Positions 61,500 to 64,000 of a stretch of DNA of 64,000 nt are shown one piece after another (the stretch's first letter is position 1; every line of letters starts with the position of its first letter). Below the pieces are notes generated by a model. That model was not told the origin of the DNA and made no database searches. It saw only the letters and a list, made by a program, of their open reading frames with translations. The stretch is from Convolutriloba macropyga (lineage: Eukaryota): assembly GCF_964194025.1 (NCBI RefSeq), contig NC_134478.1:41230001-41294000 (forward strand). Direction: 5' to 3'. A program made the translations under genes and the position numbers.

Positions 61500-64000
61500 C
61501 CCTTTATCCCAAGTTACAATGGTGCCGCCACCACCGCCCGAACTTCTCGGCAGTATTCGTAACGAGCCTTGCAATGTACAAGTGAGTGTATTTTGTGTCA
61601 AATGCAAGAGAATATATATTCACTTGAGTTGTTTGGAAGTTTCAAGGGTCGCTTATGTCAAAGGAATGCTCTGCTGGTCATGCGCTGGTCATTTTACTCT
61701 TATCGTTGCAGCAGAACTATCTGCGCTGGACAGAATTACAGCCGTTGAGAAAATGCTCGAATTTTCTGTGATCCTGTGATCCGCGAAGTGTTGATTCTGT
61801 GATCCGCGAAGTGACAATGCTACGCAGTGAAATAGCGATGATAAAGAAGCCGGAATTCCCTTTTCTAAAAGCTGCAAAAATTGGACCGCCCGGAATTGAA
61901 ACGACAGCTCATCCAGTTATCACAGTTCAACAGTAAACAAAAAGAGAAATTCGGACGAATTTGAAGTTGAAACTGCAAAGAGAAAAGTAAGATCAACCAA
62001 GGAAGTGAAAACAGGAACGAACACCAACCCAGCAGTTATCAAGGGTGTCAAAAACCCCAGAAGCGTCGTTATTCATTTGTAGGGCAATTAAGTCAAAATA
62101 AAACAGCATCAGAAATGGAGGAGTACTGTGCAGAAAATATCGTTGAACTACTTCATATTCGCCAAATTTTGAAGTCAGAAGTTCACCTTAAATCTTTCCA
62201 TTTTGTATTCAAGTTTGATGAGGAGAAAGTTGAGGTACCTAATTTCTGGCCTCAAAGCGTTACGGTGTCAAGATTTTTACCTGAATGAAGCCAACCGTGA
62301 TTGGCTAAAAAATTTGGATCAAAATTGATTACCAGCCTGTCCTCAAAAAAACAAAAGGCGTAACAAACATCTAGAGAACTAAATTTTTGTCTAAACATTG
62401 TAAGCTCTGTCAGGAGTAAAAGGAAAGATGTAAATGCCCTCTTAGAATCAAATAAATTTTTTTTTTTGGAATATTTATAGAATAGTGGATTACGAACAAT
62501 TCAGATGACGATTTTGTTTTAAAGCAGTGTTGTCCCCCAGCATTTCTGTTTTATAGTGCACCTAGGGTAAATACAAAGGTGGAATTTGCCTCTTTTACAG
62601 ATGTGATCTCCTTGTGGAGAATTTCGAAGTATTTGCCTCTGACGCTTTTGAATGCTGTTTTGCTTCATTAACTGTTAGGGCTGGCACTTATTTTGTAATC
62701 GCTGTTTATTGACCACCTGGATTAATTGTTAAATCTTTCATTGATCATTTTTCTTTTTGAAAACAGGCTACAATTTGACAAGATTGTGTTCCTGGGTGGT
62801 TTTAACATTTCACTGAATGTAAATAATTAAGCATCGAAAATATGAAACTCATTTTTTGAAGATTTTGGCCTGACTCAGTACGTCTGCGAGCAAACGCATA
62901 GAACTTGTGGGATTTTGACAATATTATAGCGTCAAACAATATTTCAATTATTTTTTAATCGAATTGGAACATTCGTTTATTTGCCTCTCGGTCAGCAATG
63001 TGAAACAACGCGAATCTCGACACCAGTTGATGTATAGAAATTGGAAGAATTTTGACGCGGAGGTTTTGTTATTGAAGCTATGGTTTAAGTTTGATTTTGC
63101 TTCATGTATTGATGAAGCATGGATGTATCACAGATTTAGACTGTTTTGGATTTCGTTCTTTTACTAAAAAAACAATATACTAAACATCAAAGTCCATTTT
63201 TTGACGAGCTTTTGAGTTTTAAACGAAAAAAGAAAAGCAGAGCGTAAATATAGAAAGTCGAAAACATTTATACTAAAATCTGAATGCAAAATGTTCCCCA
63301 TATGTTTTTGGAAAATTTAGAAAAGCGTAAACTCTACATTGAGAATGCGTTGATGGAAAATTATAACCGTTGAAACTTTTCCACCTTTAATTGCTTCTTG
63401 GTCAAGATGTAGAACAGCTCACGAAAAACGAAAACAAGAAACAGCTTGCATACTTCAACGAGTTCTTCATATGTAAAGTAGAGATTGTTTTTGCATCGCT
63501 TATCACTATGATAGGTCCTGAATTTCTGAAAGCTGAAGTTAACTTATTGAATTCGTTCAGAGTTGTTCAGAGTTGTCGATAAGTCAGTTTAGAGATTTGA
63601 TTTCGGCTTCGTCAAAAAGTACCTTTCCACTGGAAATCAGTCCGACACATGTTGTTTAGTCATTCAGAATTATTTTTTTCTCGTTCTCCTGAAAATTCTT
63701 AATTTTTCACTAAAGTGCCATTTTTCGCAAAAGCCCCACTTGACAAAAGCAAATTCTTCTTTAGTCATTCAGAATTATTATTTTCTTGACCTCCTGAAAA
63801 TTCTCAATCTTTTGCTGAAGGCGGGATTTTTTTCCCAGTCCTATAGAATGGCCATTGTTAAGCCCCATGAAGAAATCAAGTTCTGATGGCAAAGACTTCT
63901 CAAACTATCGATCTTCCCAACCCTAAGTTACTTTTCTAAACTATTAGAACCGGCGACTTTTATGCAAATGCGTGAACATCTTGAAACGATCAGTCTTTTT
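61500..64000 (+). pseudogene. Decayed CR1/L2-type LINE (PHD-like ORF1, APE, start of RT), continuing past the window
   Basis: FCVKCKRIYIHLSC...CWSC, NFWPQSVTVSRF, IAVY*PPG, FLGGFNI, QYVCEQTH, DFSNYRS...FSKLLE. Confidence 0.7.

Overview
AT-rich eukaryotic genomic DNA, probably from an invertebrate animal (spliceosomal introns, LINE, LTR and Penelope elements). The species cannot be determined from this window. Four host genes lie on the minus strand: the 5' exons of a flavin-containing monooxygenase (FMO), an RPB5/POLR2E and a V-ATPase subunit D with no introns in their CDS, and a two-exon CHMP4/SNF7. Most of the rest is transposon-derived. Main observations: (1) a Ty3/Gypsy provirus (53140-60192) with apparently identical 430-bp LTRs carries, after gag-pol, the tail of an env-like ORF, five 16-bp palindromes and an extra coiled-coil + DnaJ (HPD) ORF; its gag-pol junction has a -1 slippery site followed by a predicted three-stem pseudoknot. 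(2) Two tandem, diverged copies of an intron-containing zinc-finger/tyrosine-recombinase/Myb-like (Crypton-like) element sit in a cluster associated with (CTA)n tracts, together with zinc-finger-bearing RTE-like LINEs with (TAG)n tails. (3) An FMO intron has weak GC/AAG splice sites and complementary ends (introner-like). (4) Splice acceptors lie just before every host start codon, and CHMP4 and ATP6V1D are closely spaced, hinting at SL trans-splicing and an operon. All alignments and structures were read by eye and no databases were searched; boundaries of degraded elements are approximate.
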